A stretch of DNA of 63,281 nucleotides, filler included, from Octopus bimaculoides (Eukaryota), in NCBI RefSeq assembly GCF_001194135.2. It is 4 parts of 4 records of this genome, joined end to end, with 100 filler letters (N's around TTAATTAATTAA, not from the genome) between each part and the next. Parts side by side here need not be neighbours in the genome. Positions count along the whole stretch, not along the records: positions 19,110 to 34,833 come from NC_068992.1; positions 34,934 to 61,149 come from NC_068987.1; 2 more parts are not named here. One strand, given 5' to 3'. How positions within the stretch are numbered: the first letter of the stretch is position 1; each line of letters starts with the position of its first letter. The translations under genes and the position numbers were made by a program. Of the stretch, positions 24,150 through 36,720 are shown piece by piece. Below the pieces are notes generated by a model. That model worked only from the letters and a program-made list of their open reading frames with translations, did no database searches and was not told where the DNA came from.

Positions 24150-27100
24150 TCTGGATGCTGTATGGGAGTAAAGAAATTGTACCTCATTGAATTGAATCCA
24201 CAATGTTCCAATGTTATATGCTACCTGGAAAGTGTTTGTGCAGATCTTCTTTTCAGATAGACAAAAGCCCCACAAAAACTACCTTCCCAAGTATACAATT
24301 TTAGGGTCACAACCATCAATGTTGGTACAATGAAGAAGAGATCTGATGATATTATCAAAATGATGGGTCATCACCATGTCGATGTGTGGTGTGCAAGAAG
24401 TGAGATGGAAGTGGGCCTCTGATAGATTCTCCACGGATAAGAAACAGAGATCCAAATTCTTCTGGGTAGGCAAGAGTGATGGAGTGGGTGATGTGGGCAT
24501 ACTCTTAGTAGAAAAGTGGGTAGATAAGGTAATTGAGGTAGTCAGACTATGTGATAGGGATTATTAAGTTGAGTCTTATCATAGATAGATTAACAGTTAC
24601 ATTTATCTCTGCCTATACTCCACAGGCTGGGCTGGCTGATGACCAGAAGGACCAATTCTATGAGGTCCTTCTGCAGACTGGCTCAACAACAAATGACAGA
24701 GACTTAGTTATTGTGGTTGGTGACTTTAATGGACATATTGAGTAGCATTCTCATGGATTCCATGGTGTGCATGGTGGTTATGATTTTGGCCCCAGGAATG
24801 AGGAAGGAACAAGACTACTGGTGTTCTGTAATGCAAATGATCTCATGATCTGCAAACTTAACAACTTCAGAAAATCAGCCAGCCACCTATCACTTATTAG
24901 TCTGGTGGAAACATAAGCCAGGTCAATTACTTTCTCACCAGGTAATGAGATAGGCTGATGCTCACAAATGCGAAGTCTTTACCAAGGAAAAAGTGTACAC
25001 CCCAACATAGGCTACTAGTTAGTGACTTCAGAATTAGGGCTAGGAAGACTCAGAGAAATAAACCATATTGGAAAAGAAGATTATGGAAGCTCAAAGACCC
25101 AGCAAACAAACAAAATTTAGAAACATTCTCCTGGAAGCCTCTGAATATAGAGAGAAGGAGGAAGGGATATACAGCTTAGAGGACAATTGGAAGTTCCTGC
25201 AGGACAATTTACTGGGGGCCACAGACCAAATCTGTGGTTGGTGCAAAGTCTCAGCTAGGATGAGGGTGACATGGTGGTGGAACAAGAAGGTGGACAACAC
25301 TATAAAAACAAAGAGACAGGACTGGAAAGATTGGAAAAACGGTGGAAGGAGAGCATTATATCAGGGAGCCAGAAGGGAGGCTAGGTGACAGGTTTACCTA
25401 TCAAAAGGAATAGCAGAAGGTAAAAGATTTGCTAATGTTCTACAGCATGAGGATCAGAGGCATAAGAAAGAATAGAGATGTGGGTGAGAAATGTGTGTGA
25501 ATGGATAATGGTATGCTTGCATCTAGTGACTCAGAGAAGACAGATGCATGGAGATGCCATTATGAAAGGTTATTAAATGTGGAGAATGATTGGGAGGAGA
25601 GTCTTTCAAATATCAAGCCAATTGAGGGACCAGCTGTCAGAGTTGATAGCAGTATACTCTAGATAAGGCAATTAAGGATGTGAAGGCTAGGAAAGCCCCT
25701 GGATCATTGGGTATCACTGCTGAGATGATTAAAATATCCGGTAGTGTATGATACAGACTAGTCACTTATATGGTTAATCAGGTTATTTAGGAAAGTGTCA
25801 CCCCAAAGACTGGTTTAACTATAATACTTTATAGTTAACTGCTACAAGGGTAAAGGTGATGCTTTAGATAGAAACAATTACAGAGGTATCACACTGCTGA
25901 ACCAGGTCATGAAAGTTAGAGGCAGTTATAGCTCAATTGATTAGGAATAGAATTAAACTAAATGAGATGCAGTTAGGTTCTGTTCCTGGGAGAAGTACCA
26001 CAGATGCCATCTTCCTAGTGAGACAGTTGCAAGAAAAATATTTGGCCAAAAGTAAACCATCATACTTAGCTTTCATTGACCTGGAGAAAGCTTTCGATAG
26101 GGTCCCCTGCTCTCTTATCTGGTGGTCTCTAAGGAAGCTAGGAGTAGAGGAGTGACTTGTTAGAGCAGTACAAACCATGTACAGCGGTGCTGTCAGTAAA
26201 GTGAGAGTCGGCCTTGAATACAGTGATGAATTAAGTGTACAAGTTGGAGTTCACCAGGGATCAGTTCTTAGTTCACTCTTATTCATCACAGTTCTCCAGG
26301 CCATAACAGAGGAATTCAAAACTGGATGCTCATGGAAACTGTTATATGTTGATGACCTTGCCCTTACTGCAGAATTGGAGAAGTTCCAGATATGGAAACA
26401 AAACCTGGAATCAAAAGGCCTTAAAGTTAACCTAGCAAAGACTAAAGCTGTAAGCAAGAAAGCAGGTAAAACTCTATTTCCATCAGATAATTGGCCCTGC
26501 TCAATATATAGGAAAGGAGTGGGAAGTAATTCCATTTGCTGCACCCATTGTAAGCTATGGATGCATAAGAGATGCAGTGGAATCACAGGTAGGTTAACAG
26601 ATGAGGTTGCTTTTGTGTATGGCAGATGTGCAGAAACAATAAGTACTGACAGCACATGTGACTTAGATTCTCTCAAATGGCCAGGAGGCTCTCTTGAGGT
26701 AGTAGATTGTTTCTGCTACTTAGGTGATCAAATTAGTAATAGTGGTGGATGCTCTGAAAGTATTGTTTCTAGAATAAGAATAGGACAGAGGAAGTTCTGA
26801 GAGCTACTACCTCTGTTGGCAACAAAAGGACTTTCTTTCAGAGTGAAAGGTAGATTGTATGATGCTGGTGTACGAACGGCTATACTCCATCGTAGTGAGA
26901 CATGGGCTCAGAATGTGGAGGACATGTGTAGATTGGAGAGGATGAAGGCAGTATGCTCCATTGGATTTGCAACATCAGTGTGCATAACTGACAAAGCGCA
27001 ACTGTGTTAAGAGAAAAGTTAGGCTTAAGAGGAATTAAATGGAGCATGCAGGAGACGAGAATGCATTGGTTTGGACATGTGATGTGTATGAGTAAAGACA

Positions 27101-28225
27101 GCTGTATACAGAAGTGCCTGTCACTAAAAGTGGATGGTACCTGTGGAAGAGGGAGACCCAGGAAGATGTGGGATGGAGTGATGAGGACAAATCTCAGGAA
27201 GTTAGAGCTCATGTCTGGCAATATGAGGTTCAAGAGAAGACCCACCCATATCAGTGAAACTGAATACTAGAAGCATTGTGCCCCACCCACATGTAGCAAA
27301 AAACTTTTCACACACCCTACCCCAAGAAACCGAACTACATCACTTCTAAACTGCATCTTTCTCTTCCTCACATTTCCCTTGTCATACACTATGATTGTCT
27401 CCCACTCCCCTTCCCTGCCCTCACTGTCCTGCTCACTGTATTGCTGCTTTCCCCCACTCCATCTTTACACTCAAGTTTTCACCAGTCACTGCAATCCTCA
27501 CTTCCGACTTGCGCCTTCTTGGCAATACCTGACTGCGTATATTATGACCTCTGCACCTTGAGGGGGATGCCCTAGCATTTGCCACCATTTATCTCTCTCT
27601 TCCTTACTTTACCATCCCATCTATTGTCTGATCCTTGTTATTTGAGAGTATGCCATGGCACTTCACCACCATCACTCTCCTGCTCTCTCTTGCACTTTTC
27701 TTGTTTCCCACTCTCTCTCTCTCCTTCTCTTGCTTTTCCCTCTGTTTCTGTCCTCTTTCTTCCTCTCCTTCTCTTTCTCTCTTGCCAGGTAACTATGTAC
27801 CTCTTCTATAGCAAGATACCTGTTTCTGCCTCTCTGTCACACTCTAACCTTTCATCATCTGATACAAGATCCCCTCCTCAAATGTTCTCCCTGTCTCAAA
27901 ATTCCTTGTCTTGCAAGTTACTTGGTGACCCTACTAGTGCTGGTGCCACATAAAAAGCATCCAATTCACACTTTAAAGTGGTTGGGATTTGGAAGGGCAT
28001 TCAGTTACAAAATCATGCCAAAACTGACCTTGCCTGTGCTAGCACCATGTAAAAGGCACTCAGTCTACTCTGTAGAGTAGTTGGTGTGAGGAAGGGCATC
28101 CAGCTGTAAAAACCCCGCCAAAACAGACACAGTAACCTGGGGTAGTCTTCTACCTGGCCAGCTCCTGTCAATGGTCTTACTAATGCATGCATGGAAGTTG
28201 GATGTTAAACAATGATGATGATGGT
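24150..28225 (+). mobile_element. Near-full-length decayed RTE-clade LINE (APE endonuclease, RT, about 1-kb 3' UTR, (GAT)n tail)
   Basis: APE motifs TINVGT, VCGVQEVRWK, SAYTPQAG and VGDFNGH. RT motifs RSTTDAIFLVRQLQEK, FIDLEKAFDRVP, GVHQGSVLSSLLF and LLYVDDL. Multiple stops and frameshifts. Confidence 0.95.
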
Positions 28226-28329
28226 GATTTTTACCTAATAACGTAATTTTCACTATGGTGAGACATATTTTGTTGGTAATTTTCAAAAATTAATTTTGTG
28301 ACAAAATCAAATCTAAGATATTAACTTAC

Positions 28330-28572
28330 CTGTTTGTTTCTCTCTGCTTTCATTTTCAACACTTTCTTGATCCAGTTGTTTAGCTGCACCTATATCGATG
28401 TTATCATCAACCACACAATCTTCTTCAGGCTGTGAATTTTCTAATTTTGATATTTCTTCACGATGTGTTTTTCTATCACATTCTAAACCACAACTGATTT
28501 TGTTAGAAACCTCAGAACCTTTCTTCGACACTATCTCATTCAAAAAAGTTTTACAAAATGGTGATCCAGGTT
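28330..28572 (-). CDS. Internal exon of uncharacterised gene (PGSPFCKTFLNEIVSKKGSEV...ESVENESREKQT)
   Basis: Acceptor tttcttcatgacttctttccag|, donor CAG|gtaagt; 243 bp, phase 1-1, fully open, non-repetitive sequence. Confidence 0.75.
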
Positions 28573-29430
28573 CTGGAAAGAAGTCATGAAGAAAGTCAAA
28601 AAAGATATATATATATATATGATAGAGAAAAATATAACAAGAAATACAAGTAACTTTTCTTTTAAATAATTAATTTGAAAACAATTTTGTAGAGGCAGCA
28701 TACTGTTGGTTGTATAGATTTTAGCACTAATATGAAAAAGTGGATAAAAACATAAAAAAGAAACAAAAAGATCTTCAAAGATGAAAGCTAAAGACAACTG
28801 TGCTATGATTCAAACACTAAAACATCCAATAAACTGCTCTCCTAACTTGGTAATCTCACTCTCTCAGCGAAAACAGTAAACCATATATTTGCAAAAGTTT
28901 ACTAAATCCTTTGTTTACCTCTGCAATAACCCTGGGAAATTTACTTAACTTCATAAAGAGATCAAGGTAAGAATACTTGAATTCACAGTTGTAGCTGAAA
29001 AGAACGAAATTAACACTTGAAAGAAGCATCTTTCTAAAACTGTAAACAACCTTACATTAAGTTGAGCTTGTAATATAATTGAGTACTGACCGAATTATAA
29101 TATTACCAAGTATGGTAAAATTATGTAGTACTGTCTCATTTTTTAAATCCTTGTTTGATTTTTCCTGGTTACATGTGTGGGATTTTTTTTATGTTACTGG
29201 AAGTGTTTCATAGTTGGATGCCCTTTCCACTGCTAATACATCATACATGAATGAAACAAGCAAAAAAGTTCAGTAATATTAAAAAGAAATAAAATTATTA
29301 TTCATAGAATTCAACATCACGATCGTCAATATATACACTGCCATATAACACTTTCACCAAAATAATTGGATCTCAAATCTGTCCACTCTTTTAAACCTTC
29401 CAATACCTCTTCAGAATGCACTGAGAGAGA

Positions 29431-29502
<72 letters not shown>

Positions 29503-29732
29503 ATTATATTCAAATAACATCACAATCATCTGGTCAGTAAGGGGTACAATTTGTTGCAGTAGTAATCTCTAACTCTCACACTCCTAGGCAATATCTGTAC
29601 AACCATTCCCCAAATGCACCAAGAACACTATATCTACTACTCTGTCTAGACAAACATAAAATAACACATATATACAAAAATAGCAGTAGCGTCAATAACT
29701 TCAGTTATAATAAACATTGCTTGGATAAATAC

Positions 29733-29825
29733 CAGCAAAATGAAGTGCACAGCTGCTTTTGCAACTGTTACATTCTGAATTGAGTTCACTATGGTCATAA
29801 GTCTCAGCTATGCCACTGCTAGAGC
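29733..29825 (-). CDS. Internal exon (SSSGIAETYDHSELNSECNSCKSSCALHFA)
   Basis: Acceptor tttttgtttgcttgtag|, donor GCTG|gtattt; 93 bp, phase 1-1, other frames blocked. Confidence 0.65.
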
Positions 29826-30639
29826 CTACAAGCAAACAAAAACAGACTTAATGTTGGAAAAAGAATAAATGTCAAAACTGCCACATTGCACTTTAGACAA
29901 TGTATCCTTGTTTGTCAGAGTATGATCTTCAATAAAAAAGAGACATAGCAATATCTAGAGCAAAGGACCTGTGGATTGCACCTAGTTGTTTGACAGATTA
30001 CCCATGTCCATCAGACAAACATGTTTAGAGCTGAGCTGTGGTTAAATAAGAAAAACAATATTAAAATAGGAGTAGCACCTTGTTTTTTTTTTTTTTATCA
30101 GTCAGGTAAAATGCAACAGAATTATTTGAGGTCATAGATTTGAAATTATGATCAAGAGCTTACAACTGTTGTTCTTATTTCATAATAAAATGTTTGGAAA
30201 TATTAAATAAAAATCTTAAATTTACTGCATGTATCTTTAATTCCATATCACTTTAATTTGATCAGGAATAATGGATGTTCCTAAATCAATCTCCAGTGCA
30301 TTTAGGAATTTATAAAATTAATAACAATGTGGGACATAAATAGGAATTAGAGTATGTTAACACCTGTCATAAAACCCGTTTACTACTATCACAGAAATTA
30401 TAGCATATTTACCATCATCAGAGAATTATATAATGTTTACCAGTCTTATCCTTATAATATGGAAGTTATAGTTGCAAATAATTTACAAAAGTAGTAGTAA
30501 TTGGTTTGTAGCAATAATATTAATTCAGGTTTATCTTTAATAATATCAAATAAAAGAGGTTTAAATAATAATAGGACATTATGTGAACTAGCAATCTTAA
30601 TTTAGCACATGATTATTACCGTACTCTATGCTTTATGTC

Positions 30640-31075
30640 ATACTCATCAATGATCGGCACAGCACCAACTGTCATAAGAGTACAAAAAGATGCCCAAGAA
30701 ACAAACAAGTACAGAAGGATCAAATTCGTAGACCAGGTTACAAAATTAACATAAGGAGTAAAAGCACAACTTATTAGGAAGACGAAATGCAATTCAGTTT
30801 GTATCCACGTGGGGTGCAATTGGTGCCATCCTAGAGATAACTAAGTTTTTAGATAAGAGCAAACCAAAACCCCAGCATTTGTCAACTTGGATAAGACCTC
30901 TGACAGGACATTATGCCCAGTAGTTTGGTCGTTACTAAGAAAACTAGGAGTAGATGAATGGCTTGCTGGCTTGTGAGATCCATACACAGTGTGAAGAGAG
31001 ATACAATATAAGAGTTCTAATGACTTCAACAAGAATTTAACATGCTGGTAAATGATCCTCATTGTTCAGTTCTCA
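30640..31075 (+). mobile_element. Old RTE RT fragment
   Basis: NKYRRIKFVDQVTKL..AQLIRK..EMQF and AFVNLDKTSDR..VVWSLLRKLGVDEWL, matching RTE RT domains 1-3. Confidence 0.75.
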
Positions 31076-31149
31076 GCCATCTTCTCTTTATTATATACTA
31101 GCAGAGATACCCGGTGTTGCTCAGGATTAAAATAGCATAGTTTTTTTTA

Positions 31150-31345
31150 TTGCTTTACTTGCTTACTGCAGCCATGCCGGAGCACCAACTTTAGTCAAAG
31201 AAATTGACAACAGGATTTATTCTTTGTAAGCATAGTACTTATTCTATCGATGTGTTTTGCAAACGGCTAAGTTATGGGGACGTAAACACACCAACATCGG
31301 TAGTCAAGTGATGGTGGGGGTACAAACACAGACACACAAACACAC
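31150..31345 (-). mobile_element. SINE 3' half (family D tail)
   Basis: gcagccatgccggagcacc..tttagtc...agtacttattctatcg...gctaagtta..gggacgtaaacacaccaacatcgg; homologues at 43660, 53533 and 60605. Confidence 0.75.
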
Positions 31346-31848
31346 ACATATAATGCATATATATATATATAATGCATATATATATATATATATATNNNNN
31401 NNNNNNNNNNNNNNNNNNNNNNNNNNNNNNNNNNNNNNNNNNNNNNNNNNNNNNNNNNNNNNNNNNNNNNNNNNNNNNNNNNNNNNNNNNNNNNNNNNNN
31501 NNNNNNNNNNNNNNNNNNNNNNNNNNNNNNNNNNNNNNNNNNNNNNNNNNNNNNNNNNNNNNNNNNNNNNNNNNNNNNNNNNNNNNNNNNNNNNNNNNNN
31601 NNNNNNNNNNNNNNNNNNNNNNNNNNNNNNNNNNNNNNNNNNNNNNNNNNNNNNNNNNNNNNNNNNNNNNNNNNNNNNNNNNNNNNNNNNNNNNNNNNNN
31701 NNNNNNNNNNNNNNNNNNNNNNNNNNNNNNNNNNNNNNNNAATATAGATTTAATCAAAAGATTAAATGTGGTACTTAAAAATGTTTGAGGCACCAGAATT
31801 TGGTAGGATAAAAACCAAAAACAAAATCAAGAGATTTGGTGAATAAAA

Positions 31849-32195
31849 ATTTGAAGATAAGCAACAAAAATTCAATAGGTTATAGCAGTACGTACGTTTC
31901 GTACAAGCTCCATTTATTCATGTGGTGAGAACACCACAGTATGCACAATGAAAATGTACTCCTCAGCTGCATAATGGAATTTCATTTTAGAAAGTCATTT
32001 TGAGGATGTTTGCAAAAAACAAGAGTAAGAGAAGAAAACATATCATCTCGACTATGCTGCTGTTCCACATTATGCAGCTGGGGAGTACATTTTCATTGTG
32101 CATTCTGTGATGTCCTCACCACATGAATAAATGGAGCTTGTACGAAACGTACGTACCGCTATAACCTATTGAATTTTTGTTGCTTATCTTCAAAT
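31849..32195. mobile_element. Fold-back element, about 130-bp arms and 83-bp spacer
   Basis: 31849-31979 is the reverse complement of 32063-32195 with few mismatches; the arm contains CGAAACGTA. Confidence 0.9.
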
Positions 32196-32250
32196 ATAAA
32201 AGTATATATACATACATATATGTACATGTGTATACATATGTATATATATA

Positions 32251-32556
32251 TCATCATCATCATCGTTTAACGTCCGCTTTCCATGCTAGCATGGGTTGGA
32301 CGATTTGATTGAGAACTGGTGAAACCGGATGGCTACACCAGGCTCCAATCTAATTTGGCAGAGTTTCTACAGCTGGATGCCCTTTCTAACGCCAACCACT
32401 CAGAGAGTGTAGTGGGTGCTTTTACGTGTCACCCGCACGAAAATGGCCATGCTCGAAATGGTGTCTTTTATGTGCCACCCGCACAAGAGCCAGTCCAGGG
32501 GCACTGGCAACGATCTCACTCGAAAACCCTACAAGGCCAGTCAGGCGGTACTGGCA
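32251..32556 (-). mobile_element. Young RTE 3' UTR/tail copy
   Basis: Near-identical to 23286 and 33239. Confidence 0.85.
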
Positions 32557-33092
32557 AATGTCTATGTGCATGTATATATACATGTATATATATATATATG
32601 CAGGAATATAAATATACATGTATATATATATATTCATGCATATATATATCAGGGACGCACACTCTCAGGTATGCAAGGTATGTGCTGCATGTCCTGTCGT
32701 TTTTATCCATATCATCAGAAAATTAGATAAAATAGTTACTTTGTTTCAAAGAAAATCCGTCCAGTTGTTTTCGAAATATTCTGTCTCCCCTTCCTCTCAC
32801 TCAGTGACTAGTACTTTTGCTTTGAGGCATGCTTTGAGGCATGTAGACACTCCCTATCTGTCTCTGTTAGTTTGTTCTTCCTTCCTCTCTCTCTCTCTCT
32901 CTCTTAGTGACCTGTTAAAAGATATGCTAAGACGGTACCGTATTTGAAATATTTTGTACCCACTTCCTCTCTCTGTCAGTGACTCGACAAATTTATCATA
33001 GCAAGTCATGCTGTTAGAAAATTGCATGAGACCCCACCTCTCTCTCTCTTTGTTAGTGTAGAATTGTTGCTAAGCTGGTTCCACTTTTTGAC

Positions 33093-33212
33093 CGGAACTA
33101 GAGAGTTCTTTAGAACTGCTATAATTAGCCATAATTCTTGGACAAGCCTGGCGTGTAAGTTGGAATCTTTTATCCAAAACATCTGTTTGCACTATTATAT
33201 TTTTGGAGTGTT
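33093..33212 (-). CDS. Candidate internal exon (HSKNIIVQTDVLDKRFQLTRQACPRIMANYSSSKELSSS)
   Basis: Strong acceptor atttttgttttcag|, open only in phase 1. The donor G|gtcaaa is weak but gives 120 bp, phase 1-1. Confidence 0.45.
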
Positions 33213-33238
33213 CTGAAAACAAAAATATTATCGATATT

Positions 33239-34833
33239 CATCATCGTTTAACGTCCGCTTTCCATGCTAGCATGGGTTGGACGATTTGACTGAGGACTGG
33301 TGAAACCAGATGGCTACACCAGGCTCCAATCTGATTTGGCAGAGTTTCTACAGCTGGATGCCCTTCCTAACACCCACCACTCAGAGAGTGTAGTGGGTGC
33401 TTTTACGTGCCACCGGGACGTAGGCCAGTCAGGAGGTACTGGCAACGGCCACGCTCAAAATGGTGTATTTTACGTGCCACCTGCACAGGAGCCAGTCCAG
33501 CAGCACTGGCACGATCTTGCTTGAATGTCTTTACATGTGCCAGGAAGGCAACGCTGGGCACAGGTGCCATCACGATTTTGCTTCACTTGCCCCAACAGGT
33601 CTTCACAAGCCGAGTTTCGTGTCCATGAAGATGTCGTTGGCATGGNNNNNNNNNNNNNNNNNNNNNNNNNNNNNNNNNNNNNNNNNNNNNNNNNNNNNNN
33701 NNNNNNNNNNNNNNNNNNNNNNNNNNNNNNNNNNNNNNNNNNNNNNNNNNNNNNNNNNNNNNNNNNNNNNNNNNNNNNNNNNNNNNNNNNNNNNNNNNNN
33801 NNNNNNNNNNNNNNNNNNNNNNNNNNNNNNNNNNNNNNNNNNNNNNNNNNNNNNNNNNNNNNNNNNNNNNNNNNNNNNNNNNNNNNNNNNNNNNNNNNNN
33901 NNNNNNNNNNNNNNNNNNNNNNACGCTGGGCACAGGTGCCATCACGATTTTGCATTCGCTTGCCCCAACAGGTCTTCACAAGCTGAGTTTCGTGTCCTGC
34001 ATAGGAGCCAGTCCAGGGGCACTGGCAACAATGTCACTCGAATGTCTTTACACGTGCCAGAAAGGCGACGCTGGGCACAGGTGCCATCACGATTTTGCTT
34101 CACTTGCCCCAACAGGTCTTCACAAGCCGAGTTTCGTGTCCATGAAGATGTCGTTGGCATGGGTACCAGACGTTGAGTTTAGTTCGGTTTCAATTCTGAT
34201 TTCACTTGCCTCAACAGTTCTTCACAAGTGGAGTTTTGTGTCCAATGAAGGAAGGTATGCATAAGTGGGCTGGCTACACCCCTGGCAGAGGCTTTAGATT
34301 TAGGTCTCACTTGGCTTGCCGGGTCTTCACACGCACAGCGTATTTCCAAAGGTCTCGGTCAGAAGTCATCGCCTCAGTGAAGCCCAATGTTCGAAGGTCG
34401 TGCCTCACCACCTCATCCCAGGTCTTCCTAGGCCTAACTATTCCATAGGTACCCTCAACTGCTAGGGAGTGGCACTTTTTCACCCAGCTATCCTCATCCA
34501 TTCTTGCCACATGACTATACCAGCGCACACCACAACTGATGATTCTTAGGTTCAACTTTTCTCTCAAGGTACTTACACTCTATTTAGTATGCACACTGAC
34601 ATTACACATCCATCGGAGCATACTGGCTTCATTCCTTGCAAGCCTACGCATGTCTTCAACAGTCACAGCCCATGTTTCACTGCCATGAAGCATGGCTGTT
34701 CGTACACATGCGTCATACAGTCTGACTTTTACTCTGAGAGAGAGACCCTTTGTCGCCAGCAGAGGTAAGAGCTCTCTGAATTTTGCCCAGGCTATTCTTA
34801 TTCTAGCATCTACACTTTCAGCGCACCCTCCCC
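33239..34833 (-). mobile_element. Relatively young RTE LINE 3' portion (ORF2 C-terminus plus tandemly repeated 3' UTR)
   Basis: RIRIAWAKFRELLPLLATKGLSLRVK..LYDACVRTAMLHGSETW...RPRKTWDEVVRHDLRTL...DRDLW, then repeated UTR units and a (GAT)n tail. Confidence 0.9.
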
Positions 34834-34877
34834 NNNNNNNNNNNNNNNNNNNNNNNNNNNNNNNNNNNNNNNNNNNN

Positions 34878-34889
34878 TTAATTAATTAA
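34878..34889. other. Artificial scaffold-join linker
   Basis: TTAATTAATTAA within an N run. Confidence 0.9.
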
Positions 34890-35447
34890 NNNNNNNNNNN
34901 NNNNNNNNNNNNNNNNNNNNNNNNNNNNNNNNNATATATATATATATATATATATACATACATATGTGCGTGCATGTGTGTATGTATATACATATTTATG
35001 TATATAAGTACCTATGTGTGTATGTAGACGTATAATTATATACATACACATCTGTACATACTCATACGCAAATACACATGTATCCTTTGCAACATCTGGT
35101 CTATCTCTTGAGAGCCAGATAAGGTTCAGACCCAGAATTCTACTAACCCTTTACATAGCTCAGGTATCACTTGCAGTAGATTGCTGCTCCCACATCTTCC
35201 CCTGTGCTGCTGCTGCTACACATACAATTTAGCGTAGAACGCATCCGCGAACGTGCCAAACCATATGATAGGCATGTGTCGCACATCAGCATACTTTCAA
35301 CTCTGGATAATGGACGTCGAACTATGCTCTGTCTGTTTGTCTGCATTCTATATGTCTGTCTGGTTGTCTGGCTGTCTCTATCTCTCAGTTTCCCATCCCG
35401 TTTCTCCCGTTTCCTTTCGGCGTCTTCTACTGCGCCTTATTCAGGCA

Positions 35448-35664
35448 TTAATTCTGTTGCATTCAGATTACTCTGTCTAAACATCTTGCTTATTTATTTA
35501 AATTTATTATGCATTACGTCGCAGCTTCAAGATTTCAATCCTGTGATTGAATATTTTTAATGTGATAGTATATTGTGTGTGATAGTCTGAATGTGGTCAA
35601 TTTATACTTAAAATATGTTGAATACAGGGGCCTGATATGGCCAGTTTAAATCCTAAAGGGTTAA
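35448..35664. mobile_element. piggyBac-type MITE, second copy
   Basis: TTAA...gcattcagat...gcagcttcaagattt...tgtggtcaattt...cctaaaggg TTAA; homologous to 14413-14634. Confidence 0.55.
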
Positions 35665-35806
35665 AGACATTCTTATTTCTCCTCTTTTTCTTGGCCCCAA
35701 CACTGCAGCCTTCTTCATACACAAACCGTAACGCAGTTCATCATCAGAACATCAACTCCCGGGCATTCAATCCCTGTCCATCTCTTTTCTACAGCTATTG
35801 ACTTAC

Positions 35807-35884
35807 AATTGGTCAAGTTGTTGAAGTATATAGTGTACCAGCAAATGGTTTTTCTACAAAACATTCGTCCAGGACAAACAAACG
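35807..35884 (-). CDS. Candidate early exon; frame and boundaries unresolved
   Basis: Acceptors ttttatttttag| (35885) or gttttgtag| (35854); perfect donor |gtaagt at 35806; alternative weak donor at 35838. Confidence 0.3.
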
Positions 35885-36083
35885 CTAAAAATAAAACTTT
35901 CTACATGCGTACATAAATACGTACATACGTATGTACGTACGCATGGATGTATTACATACGTATGAACTACGTATGTATGCATGCATATAGGTATTCATAT
36001 ATGTATATATATATGTATCTATCTGTTCATCTATCTATCTATCTATCTATCTATCTATTTATCTATTTATCTATCTATCTATC

Positions 36084-36180
<97 letters not shown>

Positions 36181-36688
36181 ACGTAAATATCCTGGCTACA
36201 AGTTATGGAATACAAATTATGGAGTGTATTTAGTCACAATATTACCATCGGTTTGACACCAATTTTTTTTCCACCAGACAGTATTGACTTCCCTCTGGCC
36301 AGTCACATTGTGGCCAGATAAAGCCAATAAACAATAATACATTTTGGTTGGCGATAGATAGTATAGGCTGTCTATTATATTGTATGTGCTTTTGCTTCTG
36401 AATCACAGACAACTAACAGACGACGTTTATGTGTGCGTGTGTTCGTGTGTGCATGTGTGTGTGTGTATGTGTGTGTGTGCGTGCGTGCGTGTGTGAAAGA
36501 GCCAAACGTACGATCATCTCTTTCTGAGGAGAATAACTTCTTTATAACTGACGTATATAAATTGGCGAAGTTTTGCAGGCACGTCTTACAATATTTACTG
36601 AGCAATTTCCAAATACCAACCGGTTAAAATAGTTTATTTCTCACAAAATTGCCATATATTGATAAAGAGTTCAGTTATTCGCCAATAC

Positions 36689-36720
36689 TAAGCTTTCAAT
36701 AACAATGTCTGCCATTTTGC
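36689..36720 (-). promoter_or_regulatory. Candidate start codon in AAAATGGC (YY1-like) context; possible first coding exon MADIVIESL
   Basis: gcaaaATGGCAGAC with ATG at 36715 and donor TTA|gtattg at 36688; located where CpG content rises. Confidence 0.3.

Noticed and set aside
30616-30830. Minus-strand exon-like hydrophobic ORF (GWHQLHPTW...LHFVFLISCAFTP) resembling a pecanex N-terminus
   Set aside because: It is the antisense of an RTE RT fragment on the plus strand (NKYRRIKFVDQV...EMQF...RKLGVDEWL).
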